Of a stretch of DNA of 36,266 nucleotides, positions 1-9,430 are shown one piece after another. Both the position numbers and the translations under genes were made by a program. This DNA comes from an uncultured bacterium (GTDB taxonomy: Bacteria; Patescibacteriota; Minisyncoccia; Moranbacterales; GWC2-37-73). The notes under the pieces are model-generated. The model did no database searches. It was given only the letters and a program-made list of their open reading frames with translations, and was not told the origin of the DNA. The stretch covers positions 1 through 36,266 of the forward strand of contig CAIJXA010000079.1 in NCBI GenBank assembly GCA_903824515.1, given 5' to 3'. Positions within the stretch are counted from its first letter, which is position 1. The number at the start of each line of letters is the position of its first letter.

Positions 1-141
1 AAAAGGGTATTAATACCCCAGGGCAAGCCCTGGACCCTTCAGGCTCACGAGGCAAGCCTCGTAGGCAAATCACCTTTTGCTGCGTCGCTCGCTGCGAAAT
101 GAAAGATTACTTTCATTTCGCTCACTTTGCTAGATAATAAA
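1..141. repeat. Family F palindromic element, copy 1 (REP/IS200-IS605-end-like, non-autonomous)
   Basis: Aligns by eye with 5708-5844 and 34651-34732 (ggtattaatacccc...cttcaggctcac...gctagataataaa); hairpins ccagggc-aa-gccctgg and cacgaggc-aa-gcctcgta; may be truncated by the window edge. Confidence 0.75.
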
Positions 142-145
142 TATT

Positions 146-176
146 TGACAATGTAACAATATAACAATATAGCAAT
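146..176. repeat. 8-mer tandem repeat (taacaata-type)
   Basis: tgacaatg taacaata taacaata tagcaat; same unit at 26511-26558. Confidence 0.7.
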
Positions 177-181
177 TCGAG

Positions 182-1045
182 TTAAATCCTCCCGCCGCTG
201 CCAAAATATCCAATTTTTTTCATCACCGCATTTTTCACTTCATTTTGAGCATCCCCCAGAAGTTTTCTAATGTCAAAAGACAAATTATGCTGGTCGCGGA
301 ATGAACCAGCCAAGCTATTTACAAAAGCCAAGCGAGTTGCTGTGTCAACATTGAAACAACAAATTCCCCTACTGATAACTTCTTTCACTTTGCCATTCTC
401 CCAGTCAGAAGCACCATGCAAAATAAGAGGGATACCAACCAATTTATGAATTGCTTCGAGTCGATCATAATCAGGAATGGCGCGTTCTTTGAAAAATCCG
501 TGCGCATTACCAATTGCCACTGCCAATGCATCAATGCCCGTTTCCTTGACAAACTGAGCGGCTTGCTGCGGATCAGTCATATATTTTTCCCAATCAATTT
601 CGCCCATTTCGCCTTCTCCGATATATGGCACACTGCCTAATTCTCCCTGCACGCAGATGTCTTTTTCATGACAAAAATCCACAATTTTTTTTGTTAGCAT
701 TAAATTATCCTCATAACTTTTGCGTGACCCGTCAAACATAACCGATGGAAATCCAATATTAATGCAGCGTTGAATAATTTCGGCACTTTTACCGTGGTCC
801 AGATGAATTCCGACTGGAATTTCTGGAGCATAAAATTCAGCGATATTTTTCACCAGATTAAAGATTGCTCGACCACCCGCATAATCAAGTGTCTTTTCCG
901 TAATTTGAATAATAACCGGACTTTTCATGTCTTTAGCCGCCTCAACAATCGCCCTAGTTGTTTCCATATTGGTCGTGTTAAAAGCGCCGACAGCGTAACC
1001 TCCCTCTTTTGCATTGCTTAAAATTTCTTTGACTGATGTTATCAT
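182..1045 (-). CDS. fba: Class II fructose-bisphosphate aldolase
   Basis: GAFN, HLDHG, VMFDGS, AIGNAHG and LHGASD motifs; adjacent to tpiA. Confidence 0.93.
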   Translation of the reverse strand: MITSVKEILSNAKEGGYAVGAFNTTNMETTRAIVEAAKDMKSPVIIQITEKTLDYAGGRAIFNLVKNIAEFYAPEIPVGIHLDHGKSAEIIQRCINIGFPSVMFDGSRKSYEDNLMLTKKIVDFCHEKDICVQGELGSVPYIGEGEMGEIDWEKYMTDPQQAAQFVKETGIDALAVAIGNAHGFFKERAIPDYDRLEAIHKLVGIPLILHGASDWENGKVKEVISRGICCFNVDTATRLAFVNSLAGSFRDQHNLSFDIRKLLGDAQNEVKNAVMKKIGYFGSGGRI

Positions 1046-1049
1046 TTTT

Positions 1050-1133
1050 CATGGAACATAGAGCATGGAACACATAACATTAGATAATTATGCCAACTAT
1101 CTAGAATTCTTGTTCCATGTTTCATGTTTTATG
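1050..1133. repeat. Family D heptamer inverted-repeat hairpin (catggaa/ttccatg) between tpiA and fba
   Basis: catggaacatagagcatggaaca...tgttccatgtttcatgttttatg. Confidence 0.75.
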
Positions 1134-1902
1134 CTATGTGATTATTAAGAATCTCCACTATTTTCAAAAACTCATTTGGAATCAAGCTCTCACGTCCCAC
1201 CAGCACGCCGTCCATTTGGGGATCCAAGCAAACTTGATTAATATTTTTTGAGTTAACTGAGCCTCCATAAAGAATTTTAACTTTCTCAGCCAAGGATGAA
1301 CCATATTTTTCAACCAACATTTTTCTTATGGTTATTTTAACTTCCAAAATATTATCACCGGTCGGAATTACATCGCTGCCAACAGCCCAAATAGGTTCAT
1401 ACGCAAAAACAATTTCTGATATTTTAGAAATAGGCACGTCTTTCAAGCGCTGATCAATTTGCTGGACAATTACCTTCGCTGTTTCACCATCATTCCTCTC
1501 AATTTGCGACTCACCGACACAAACAATTGGAATCAAATTATCCTGCAAGGCAGCCTTTAACTTAGCATTAACGACTTCGCCATTTTCAGCAAAATATTTT
1601 CGCCGTTCGCTATGACCCAAAATGACATATTTGGATCCGACATTTTTCACCATTAAGGATGAAACCTCTCCTGTATATGATCCCCGATCTTCCCAAAAAA
1701 TATTTTGTGCACCAACGAAAACATTTTTCATTTTCAGTTTTTCCGCAAATTTTTCTAAATGTACAAAGGGAGGACAAAGTACAATTTCAACAGAGTTTTT
1801 GGACAATTTCTCGAAGTCTCGCTGAAAAGCCTCCAAATAACAATCGCGCTCAGCGATAGTTAGTAAATTCATCTTCAAATTTCCGACAACTAATTTTTGC
1901 AT
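1129..1902 (-). CDS. tpiA: Triosephosphate isomerase
   Basis: GNLKMN, GHSERR, AYEPIWAVG and LYGGSV motifs. Confidence 0.96.
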   Translation of the reverse strand: MQKLVVGNLKMNLLTIAERDCYLEAFQRDFEKLSKNSVEIVLCPPFVHLEKFAEKLKMKNVFVGAQNIFWEDRGSYTGEVSSLMVKNVGSKYVILGHSERRKYFAENGEVVNAKLKAALQDNLIPIVCVGESQIERNDGETAKVIVQQIDQRLKDVPISKISEIVFAYEPIWAVGSDVIPTGDNILEVKITIRKMLVEKYGSSLAEKVKILYGGSVNSKNINQVCLDPQMDGVLVGRESLIPNEFLKIVEILNNHIA

Positions 1903-2027
1903 ATGGTTCTAAGTTAATTAGAGAAATTTCAACCGAAAATTGATCATTCACTAACTGACATCTTTAAATTTTCAACAATTATTTTTGCAGACATTATCAG
2001 ATAAATACGACCCAGTTTTCAAAAAAA

Positions 2028-2507
2028 TTAAAAATAAATTGTTACCCCAGTCACAATCAAACCGGAAACTATTGTTCCAATCAAAAGCAGTGGCAACGAT
2101 TTTTTCAGTGGCACATTGAAAATAAATGCCGCCAGAGCACCAGTCATCCCGCCCAACAGTGGAATCGGAGTAGCAGCCAAAATGAAAATTGCCCACTCGC
2201 CATATTTTTCCATTTTCCCGTTAGCCCGTTTGCGAGTATGTTCAAACAGCCAAGCAAAAAATTTTTTAAAAATAGGGATATATTTGGAGAGCAACTTTGA
2301 GATTGGATTCAAAAGAAGCACAATGATTGCCATTGAGGAAAAAGTTCCCGCCACAGAATAAAACAAGGCCACCGTCGGCGACAAACCATAAACCTTGATT
2401 GCCAAGGGAATCGAAGCGCGCAGTTCTGTAATTGGAATCAGAGCAATCAAAAAAGTTGCCAATTCTTTCGGAAAACCCAGAAACATATTTATGATAATTT
2501 CGTGCAT
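2028..2507 (-). CDS. Small multi-drug export (COG2426-like) membrane protein
   Basis: PITELRASIPLA motif, several TM helices; start reset to ATG 2507 because the longer ORF reads through an AT-rich repeat. Confidence 0.8.
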   Translation of the reverse strand: MHEIIINMFLGFPKELATFLIALIPITELRASIPLAIKVYGLSPTVALFYSVAGTFSSMAIIVLLLNPISKLLSKYIPIFKKFFAWLFEHTRKRANGKMEKYGEWAIFILAATPIPLLGGMTGALAAFIFNVPLKKSLPLLLIGTIVSGLIVTGVTIYF

Positions 2508-2524
2508 AATAGATAATTCAAAAA

Positions 2525-2622
2525 TTAAATATCCAAATGGAAAATGGAAAATATTATTAAGAAAATATGTCGCAAAACGACTCAATAATTTTCCATTTTG
2601 AGATTCACATTTTACATTTGCA
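2525..2622. repeat. Heptamer-type inverted-repeat hairpin (aaaatgg/aaaatgt family)
   Basis: caaatggaaaatggaaaat...attttccattttgagattcacattttacatttg; reverse complement of the right arm resembles 34607-34635. Confidence 0.6.
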
Positions 2623-2644
2623 GATATCCTTACCAACAACTATT

Positions 2645-2713
2645 TACCGATTACTAGTGACTAAACCCCTAAACCCCAATTACCGATTACCGATTACTAG
2701 TTACCGATTACTA
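2645..2713. repeat. 7-mer tandem repeat (taccgat/tactagt) overlapping the galT stop
   Basis: taccgattactagt...taccgattaccgattactagttaccgattactaat. Confidence 0.7.
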
Positions 2714-3759
2714 ATCTGCTTTCGCAGGTATTCCGCTGCTACCTCTGGCTGAATAGTTGAAATTTCAATGCCAGTTTCCAGTTCAAATCCGGCCCAAATT
2801 GCAGTATGTGGCAAAATTTCAATATGCCAATGGAAATAAGGATAGTCCTTACCATCACAAGGCGCAGTGTGGATATAGAAGTTATACGGCGGATCATTCA
2901 GCGCAGTATAAATAGCATTAAGACTCTTGCTAAAAACCTCTGCTAGCTTGATTTTTTCTGTATCTGTGATGCGTTCAAAATATGGGCTATGCTTTTTTGG
3001 CATCACCCAAACCTCAAAGGCCGACCGAGAAGCAAAAGGACAAAAAGCAATAAACTCTTCATTTTCAAAAACAACTCTCTTTTCGCAATCGCTTTCATAT
3101 TCGCTCATCACGCAATACACACAATGCTGGTTGCTCTTGTGATACAGCTGCGCTCCGTCGAGTTCCAATTTTACATAGGGCGCCACAACTGGGATTGCAA
3201 TAATTTGTGAATGAGGATGCGGGATTGAAGCCCCAACTTCTTTGCCATGATTGTGAAAAATCGCAATATAGCTGACATTTTTTTTGTTCATCAAATCAAG
3301 ATAGCGTTCTTGAAAGGCATCAAAAACTTCAGCAACTTCAAGCACATTCATCAAGGCAAGTTGCTTGAAATGATCTCTAGTTACCACAATTTCATGAAAA
3401 CCAACACCAGGCATTGAAAAATATGGTCCTTCTGAGATAGCTTTGGCAATTACAGCTGAGGAAACAGCTGGAAATTTATTCGGAAAAACCCGCAGCGACC
3501 AGTGGCCATCTTTGTCAGTATAAATCAAAACATCTTTCTCTTGACCGCTAGTCACCGGATCCTCAAAAAGACACTGATCAATACCCTTATCGTCTTTGAC
3601 CCGTTCAAACTTCGCAAAATCGTCTGGGCGCTTTGCTCGCCCAGTTGCAATGACAACCCAATCACCCGAAGCAATATCTTGCCGCAGCTGCGAAACTTGA
3701 TCATCTTGATTTTCAGTTTCATTTTCGAGCTTATTTTTGTCTTTTGTTTTTATATTCAT
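2701..3759 (-). CDS. galT: Galactose-1-phosphate uridylyltransferase
   Basis: GRAKRP, NKFPA, HPHSQI catalytic motif, HWHIEI, AGFELETG; start (3759 vs 3819) uncertain. Confidence 0.92.
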   Translation of the reverse strand: MNIKTKDKNKLENETENQDDQVSQLRQDIASGDWVVIATGRAKRPDDFAKFERVKDDKGIDQCLFEDPVTSGQEKDVLIYTDKDGHWSLRVFPNKFPAVSSAVIAKAISEGPYFSMPGVGFHEIVVTRDHFKQLALMNVLEVAEVFDAFQERYLDLMNKKNVSYIAIFHNHGKEVGASIPHPHSQIIAIPVVAPYVKLELDGAQLYHKSNQHCVYCVMSEYESDCEKRVVFENEEFIAFCPFASRSAFEVWVMPKKHSPYFERITDTEKIKLAEVFSKSLNAIYTALNDPPYNFYIHTAPCDGKDYPYFHWHIEILPHTAIWAGFELETGIEISTIQPEVAAEYLRKQISNR

Positions 3760-3885
3760 CTGAATCATTGTAATAAGGTTACCATAATTAGGATTTAGAT
3801 TGTAGAAAATTTCTACCACCTATTAGCTAATTCCAGATACCTATTCTTGTATTTTGTATTTTGAGTTTCCCTAATTCCTGCTAAA

Positions 3886-4641
3886 CTACTTTATCTTTTT
3901 GATGTCATATTTTCCAGTCATCAATCTTCCTTTTGTTTTAAACAAATCAATCAGAACTTGAATAAATCCATTTGGCCCAGTCAAGCTGACAGTTGAACCC
4001 TCTTCATTCAGCCACCGCACTGGCATCTGCGCCACCTTAAAACCAAGCTCCTTAGCAAGTACGATAAGTTCAAAATCAAAACCAAAACGATCAACAACCA
4101 TGCGCTTGGCAACCTCGTGAGCAGCTTTGCCTGTGAGCATCTTGAAGCCACATTGCGTGTCAGGAAAACTCCAGAGACCCAAAACAATCCTAATGAGCCA
4201 ATTTCCACCTTCTCCCATAATCTCGCGATGCTTTGGTTGATGAATCTGAACGAAAGAACCTTTTATTTTTCGAGAACCCACCACAACATCAGCTCCTTTT
4301 TCAAACTCCAACAATGCTTTTTCAACATGAGTAATTGAAGTTGAACCATCAGCATCCAAAAAAACAACGAACTCACCCTTTGCCTCCAAGAGACCTTGAC
4401 GCACAACATAACCCTTACCATGATTTTCTTTATTCCTAATAACCCGCAAATTTTTCACCTGGCTAGCATAATTTTGTGCAACCTGTGCAGTATTATCAGG
4501 AGAACCATCAACAATTACGATTATTTCACAAGTAAAACTTTTTGAACTCAAAAAACTCTCAATCTCCAAGAGATTGCCGCCTATTCGCTCTTTTTCCTTA
4601 TATGCAGGAATAACTATTGATAAATATGGTTTGTTTTCCAT
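3886..4641 (-). CDS. GT2 glycosyltransferase (dolichyl/polyprenyl-phosphate glucosyltransferase-like)
   Basis: SIVIPAY, DGSPD, NHGKG, DADGS, DTQCGFK, FDFEL. Confidence 0.9.
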   Translation of the reverse strand: MENKPYLSIVIPAYKEKERIGGNLLEIESFLSSKSFTCEIIVIVDGSPDNTAQVAQNYASQVKNLRVIRNKENHGKGYVVRQGLLEAKGEFVVFLDADGSTSITHVEKALLEFEKGADVVVGSRKIKGSFVQIHQPKHREIMGEGGNWLIRIVLGLWSFPDTQCGFKMLTGKAAHEVAKRMVVDRFGFDFELIVLAKELGFKVAQMPVRWLNEEGSTVSLTGPNGFIQVLIDLFKTKGRLMTGKYDIKKIK

Positions 4642-4778
4642 TAAAATTTTGTATTATTTATTAGATGTTTTAATTATAGCATATGATTAAAATATGCCTA
4701 GCATTAAAAGCTAGCTTTTCAGGCTTTAGCCTCTAAGAGAGTAAATGCTCACCAAAGTACAAGCTAATATGCTAGCAC

Positions 4779-5186
4779 CTAAAAAGCTGACTCGTCCAAC
4801 CAGCCCTGAAGAATAATTCTGGCAGCCTCCTGATCATCAAACTGGGCAATGTTTTTTCCACCTCTCATTTTGATGTTTGCATGAGCCATTTTGGTTGAAA
4901 ACATTTCATCAGAAAATTCAACCGGAATGCCACAATTCTTTTCGAGTTCTTTTCCAAAATTCATTTTTTCCTCTTCACCTTGTCGATCTTTAGCATGCCG
5001 AGTAATACCAATAATAATTTTTGAAATATTTTCTCGTTGGATAATTACCCCTATACTTGTTTGAAAATTTTTGTCATTTTTAAGTACACCAAAAGCAAAG
5101 GCTATCTTGGTTTCACTATCGGCAATTGCTATTCCAATCTTAGCTTTCCCAAAATCTAACCCCAAAAAAGAGCTTACTTTAGCCAT
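4779..5186 (-). CDS. ruvX: RuvX/YqgF pre-16S rRNA nuclease
   Basis: LGLDFGKAKIGIA, DEMFST, DDQEAARIILQ; start could be 5213. Confidence 0.9.
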   Translation of the reverse strand: MAKVSSFLGLDFGKAKIGIAIADSETKIAFAFGVLKNDKNFQTSIGVIIQRENISKIIIGITRHAKDRQGEEEKMNFGKELEKNCGIPVEFSDEMFSTKMAHANIKMRGGKNIAQFDDQEAARIILQGWLDESAF

Positions 5187-5200
5187 ATTTTGACTACCCG

Positions 5201-5229
5201 TTGACTTTTGCATAATTATGGTGTATTAT
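5201..5229 (+). promoter_or_regulatory. Sigma70-like promoter for the + strand membrane protein
   Basis: TTGACT-17 nt-TATTAT. Confidence 0.55.
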
Positions 5230-5235
5230 TAACAG

Positions 5236-5583
5236 TTGTACCTAGATAATATTAACGCAATCTTAAATGGAGTCAAGTTGAACGCTAAATTAATTACCGG
5301 GACTATTCTTCTTTCCATTTTAATCATTTGCCATTTTCTGAGCCTACTGAAGATTCAGATTCCACTTGAGTGGATAATTTATCCATTGCTATTCTCAACG
5401 GGGATCATCTTAATTCTGACTGGGCTCAGAAAATCAAGCGACAAGCAGGAAGAATTGCAAGTACAAGGTAATCTAGAGGCTTTTGAAGAAAAATTCGGCA
5501 AACTATCTGGTGACACCAGAAGCCTTGAAACTACTTTGCCAAAAATAGTTGAAATCAGCTATACTAATGTTTTTGAGAATTGA
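5236..5583 (+). CDS. Hypothetical two-TM membrane protein
   Basis: Two hydrophobic segments, upstream promoter; real start may be TTG 5278 (GGAG upstream). Confidence 0.6.
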   Translation: MYLDNINAILNGVKLNAKLITGTILLSILIICHFLSLLKIQIPLEWIIYPLLFSTGIILILTGLRKSSDKQEELQVQGNLEAFEEKFGKLSGDTRSLETTLPKIVEISYTNVFEN

Positions 5584-5707
5584 AAAATCTTATTACAAGC
5601 TATAAGATATCTTTGCAAATATATCTTATAGCTTGTAACCCCAACCCCTCCCCAACGTGGACTTACGGGGTCTTTTTTTGTCCAAATTTCAAAAATTAGT
5701 ATCAATG

Positions 5708-5844
5708 AAAGAGTATTAATACCCCCGAGGCTTGCCCCGAACCCTTCAGGCTCACAAGGCAAGACAGCTCACTCGTGAGCGACGTGTCAAGCCTCGTAGG
5801 CTAAAATACCTTTTGCTGCGTCGCTCACTTCGCTAGATAATAAA
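5708..5844. repeat. Family F palindromic element, copy 2
   Basis: Colinear with 1-141; has a 28-bp hairpin insert at 5764-5791. Confidence 0.75.
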
Positions 5845-5857
5845 CTAGCCTATGCTG

Positions 5858-6622
5858 TTACTGTGTCAAAATCTCGACTCCGTTTTTGGTAATCAAAATT
5901 GTGTTTTCATAATGCGCACTCAATGAGCCATCGGCTGTTTCAAAAACCCAACCGTCTTTTCCTAACACGGTTTTGAAATTTCCAACATTGATCATGGGCT
6001 CAAGTGCCAACGTCATTCCAGCTTTTAACTGCAAATCCCGAAAACCTTTTTCAAAATAATTTGGAACCTGCGGATCTTCGTGAAGATTTCTTCCAATACC
6101 ATGTCCAACCAAATTCTTCACCACTGAAAAACCTTCAGCCATAACCGTTTTTTCAGCAGCTTTTGAATAATTACTAAGTACACAGCCCTCTTTCAACTCG
6201 CCAATACCCCTCCAAAAAGCTTGCTGTGTGACCTCGATTAATTTTTTTGCTTCTTGAGAGATTTCTCCAACAGCAAAAGTTCGAGCCATGTCAGAAAAAA
6301 AACCTTCTATTTCTAGCCCCATATCAACCTTAAAAATATCGCCATCCCTAAGAATTCGCTGGGAGCTTGGAATTCCATGCACAATTTCATTGTTTATCGA
6401 AGCGCAAATAGTGGCAGGAAATGGATTTTTTCCTCCTCCATAACCCTTAAAGGCTGGTCTTCCACCCAGGTCCAGGATTAGTTTTTCAGCGAGCTCATCC
6501 AATTGCAAAGTTGAAATACCAGGCTTGATTTCTGTCTCAAGACAACGCATAACCTGCGCTAACATTTTTCCAGCTCGGCGCATAATTGCTATTTCTGATT
6601 CAGTTTTGATATGAATAGCCAT
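5858..6622 (-). CDS. map: Methionine aminopeptidase type I
   Basis: CASINNEIVHGIP, GHGIG, LHEDP, ALEPM, SAHYE. Confidence 0.97.
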   Translation of the reverse strand: MAIHIKTESEIAIMRRAGKMLAQVMRCLETEIKPGISTLQLDELAEKLILDLGGRPAFKGYGGGKNPFPATICASINNEIVHGIPSSQRILRDGDIFKVDMGLEIEGFFSDMARTFAVGEISQEAKKLIEVTQQAFWRGIGELKEGCVLSNYSKAAEKTVMAEGFSVVKNLVGHGIGRNLHEDPQVPNYFEKGFRDLQLKAGMTLALEPMINVGNFKTVLGKDGWVFETADGSLSAHYENTILITKNGVEILTQ

Positions 6623-6630
6623 ATTTAAAA

Positions 6631-6757
6631 AATTTTGAATTTAGAATTTTGAATGTCTACCTCATACCGCTAAGGCATTGGCTTAAATTTAACTTTTTTT
6701 AATCAATGCTTCAGACATTCAGGTATAAAAATTTTATTTGAAATTTGAAATTCAAAA
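6631..6757. repeat. Family C-like heptamer hairpin, adk-map spacer
   Basis: ttttgaatttagaattttgaatgtct...agacattca...gaaatttgaaattcaaaa. Confidence 0.65.
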
Positions 6758-7396
6758 TTAGATCTGCCGTATAATATCCTCGAAAACCGCCTCCATTGGC
6801 CTGTTTCCATCAACCTCAATCAGTATTCCCTTGTCGCGATAGTGGCTGATAACGGGAACCGTGACCTCGTAGAAAGTCTTCAGGCGCTTTGCGATGCCAT
6901 CTGGGGTATCATCTCCACGTTGAGTAATTAGGCCACCGCAAATTGGACATATATCATGTTGAGATTGAATATGCTTTCCCAACACAATATGGTTAAGGCA
7001 AACAGTGCATAAATAACGCTTTGTTATTCTTGCAACAGATTCATCATATGGCAACCTTATGTAAATAGCTTTATCAATTGATCTGCCATCAGCTTTCATT
7101 AATTTTTCAACAGGATCAATTTGGCCAATTGTTCGCGGTGCGCTATCAAGAATAACTCCCTTTTCAATTGAGATTTTTTTCAGGCATTCCTGCAAAGTTG
7201 TAACTGTAATATCATCAGGAACCATTTCCTTTTGATCATCAAATTTTTTTACTATTTTTCCAAGCTCAGTGTCTCCTCTTCCCATATCACGAAAAATCTG
7301 TCCGGTTTCGATATGGGACAGATCAAATTTTTCAGCCAGCATGTCGGCCTGTGTCCCCTTTCCGCTTCCCTGAGGACCAAAGATAATTAAATTCAT
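6758..7396 (-). CDS. adk: Adenylate kinase (Zn-binding LID)
   Basis: GPQGSGKGTQ P-loop, CxxC...CxxC LID, RGDD; located after secY. Confidence 0.93.
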   Translation of the reverse strand: MNLIIFGPQGSGKGTQADMLAEKFDLSHIETGQIFRDMGRGDTELGKIVKKFDDQKEMVPDDITVTTLQECLKKISIEKGVILDSAPRTIGQIDPVEKLMKADGRSIDKAIYIRLPYDESVARITKRYLCTVCLNHIVLGKHIQSQHDICPICGGLITQRGDDTPDGIAKRLKTFYEVTVPVISHYRDKGILIEVDGNRPMEAVFEDIIRQI

Positions 7397-7422
7397 TAAA
7401 TTAAAAAAATAATATTTTTTAA

Positions 7423-7535
7423 AATTTTCAATTCACAATTTTCAAATAATTTTCAATGAATTAATTTCAATCATTTAGTCATTTAGATTTTATTGAAAAT
7501 TGTGACTTGGAAATTGGAAATTACCGCGAAGCGGG
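7423..7535. repeat. Family C heptamer hairpin, secY-adk spacer, plus ccgcgaagcgg mini-hairpin
   Basis: aattttcaattcacaattttcaa...ttgaaaattgtgacttggaaattggaaatt. Confidence 0.7.
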
Positions 7536-8807
7536 CTAGAATCCTTCATAGTCACGCATCACCAATTGACCCTCAATTTGCTTAATTGTTTCAATCACGA
7601 CTGAAACAACGATTAGGATGCTGGTTCCACCAATTCGCAGTGTTTGAATATTAGTCATCCCTTGAATAATAAAAGGCAGAACTGCAATTGCGCCAAGAAA
7701 TAATGCGCCAGCTAAGGTTATCCTATTCATTATTTTATACAAATAATCTGCTGTATTTTTTCCCGGTCGAATCCCTGGAATATATCCTCCTTGTTTTTGA
7801 AGATTTTCAGAAATTTTCACTGGATCGAAAACAACTGCGGTATAAAAATATGTAAACAAAACAATCAAAACAAAATACATACTGCCATAAAAAAATTGAT
7901 TTTGAAACAAACTGTTAACGTTAGTTGCAATATGTGCCACTGTCTGATTGCTAGCTCGCATCAAAAAAGTCGCAATCATGCCAGGAAAAAGCATAATTGA
8001 CATTGCAAAAATAATTGGGATAACCCCAGCTTGATTAACTCGCAGTGGCAAGTGAGATGAAGCACCTCCATAGGTATTGTCGCCATGAACACGTTTTGCA
8101 TATGAAACGGCAATATTGCGCTGTCCTTCAGTAACTAAAACCACCCCAGCTATTGTTATCAGCATTACAACAAAAATAATAGCGTAAGTGAAAAATTGAG
8201 AAGAATCAAATGTCAAAAAAAGCTTCGAGATTGATGACGGCAAGCTACTCACAATGCCAGCAAAAATGATAAGTGAAACACCATTGCCAATTCCTTTTTC
8301 AGTGATAAGTTCACCCAACCACATAAGGAAAATAGTTCCGGTAGTGGCTATCAGAACAAGCACTGCTAAATTGAAAGGCGACAAAGTTCCAATAACGTTT
8401 TGCGATCGAAGCAAAGTAACTAAACCAAAAGTCTGCATTATCGCAAGCGGAACAGTGAGCCACCTAGTCCACATGTTGAATTTTTGCCTGCCAGCTTCAC
8501 CTTCTTCCTTATAAATCTGCTCTATACTAGGAACTATCATTGTCAAAAGCTGCATAATAATAGAAGCTGTGATATATGGACCGACTCCCAACATCACTAT
8601 TGAAATATTGGTCAAGCCTCCGCCGGAAAAAACATTCAGCATTCCAAGGAGCTGATTACCATCAAAAAGTCTCCTGAGCTGCTCCGTGTCAACACCCGGA
8701 AGTGGGATATTAGCTGCGATACGGAAAACAATAAGAACTCCAAAGATAAAAAGGATTTTATCGCGGAGTTCTCTTATTTTGAAAATTTGTGTTATTTTGT
8801 CCAACAT
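7536..8807 (-). CDS. secY: Preprotein translocase subunit SecY
   Basis: LGVGPYITASII, GIGNGVSLII, AGVIPIIFA, IPGIRPG, GGTSILIVV. Confidence 0.98.
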   Translation of the reverse strand: MLDKITQIFKIRELRDKILFIFGVLIVFRIAANIPLPGVDTEQLRRLFDGNQLLGMLNVFSGGGLTNISIVMLGVGPYITASIIMQLLTMIVPSIEQIYKEEGEAGRQKFNMWTRWLTVPLAIMQTFGLVTLLRSQNVIGTLSPFNLAVLVLIATTGTIFLMWLGELITEKGIGNGVSLIIFAGIVSSLPSSISKLFLTFDSSQFFTYAIIFVVMLITIAGVVLVTEGQRNIAVSYAKRVHGDNTYGGASSHLPLRVNQAGVIPIIFAMSIMLFPGMIATFLMRASNQTVAHIATNVNSLFQNQFFYGSMYFVLIVLFTYFYTAVVFDPVKISENLQKQGGYIPGIRPGKNTADYLYKIMNRITLAGALFLGAIAVLPFIIQGMTNIQTLRIGGTSILIVVSVVIETIKQIEGQLVMRDYEGF

Positions 8808-8827
8808 ATTAAGCAGATTCTTAGAAT

Positions 8828-8898
8828 TTAGCTTCTCAACTTTTCAGGAATACGTAGGTTTTCAGTTCTTTTCTAAAAAGCTAACGCCTAAGAAGCTA
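8828..8898. repeat. Family E hairpin (ttagcttct/agaagctaa), rplO-secY spacer
   Basis: ttagcttctcaacttttcaggaatacg...ctaaaaagctaacgcctaagaagcta; arms match those flanking the methyltransferase. Confidence 0.7.
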
Positions 8899-8902
8899 TT
8901 AA

Positions 8903-9340
8903 CTATTCCAGAATTTTTCCACCTGCTTTCATAATAGCATCTTTAGCAGTTTGTGAAAGTAGAAGTTCGCTGTTAATAGAAAGTTTTTTTGTAAGCTCCC
9001 CAGTTGATAAAATTTTTACACCATCCTTTGAGTCCTTCTTTGAAATAACTTTTGCAGCTACAAGAGTTTCAATCGAAATAACATCTCCGTTTTTAAAATT
9101 TTTCTCAAGATCGAAAATTTTCACCACTGTTTTCTTTGGAGTTCGAGATTTGAATCCTCGCACTTTCTTAAGACGTTCGGTTAGGGAAGATCTTCCTCCT
9201 TCAAACAAAGGGTCAATAGCTGCTCCAGATCTTGCTTTTTGACCTTTATTTCCACGACCTGAATATGTACCGCGTTTTCCTCCGCGACCAACGGTCTTTT
9301 TTGGTTTTCTCTTCTTGAGAGTAAGTTGATGAATTTGCAT
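8903..9340 (-). CDS. rplO: 50S ribosomal protein L15
   Basis: GRGGKRGTYSGRGNKGQKARSG, FEGG; synteny. Confidence 0.97.
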   Translation of the reverse strand: MQIHQLTLKKRKPKKTVGRGGKRGTYSGRGNKGQKARSGAAIDPLFEGGRSSLTERLKKVRGFKSRTPKKTVVKIFDLEKNFKNGDVISIETLVAAKVISKKDSKDGVKILSTGELTKKLSINSELLLSQTAKDAIMKAGGKILE

Positions 9341-9349
9341 ATGTTTATC

Positions 9350-9420
9350 GTTCTAATTGTTATAATTGTTCTATGCGTTCTAGTTGTTTTTTCGTTTACA
9401 ACAGTTACAACATTTAGAAC
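9350..9420 (-). repeat. Family A 9-mer-periodic hairpin, copy 1 (rpsE-rplO)
   Basis: gttctaattgttataattgtt...acaacagttacaacatttagaac; 5 homologous copies. Confidence 0.85.
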
Positions 9421-9430
9421 ATAACTACCT

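Noticed and set aside
5559-5762. 67-aa minus-strand ORF
   Set aside because: Begins inside the family F repeat and has no protein-like signal
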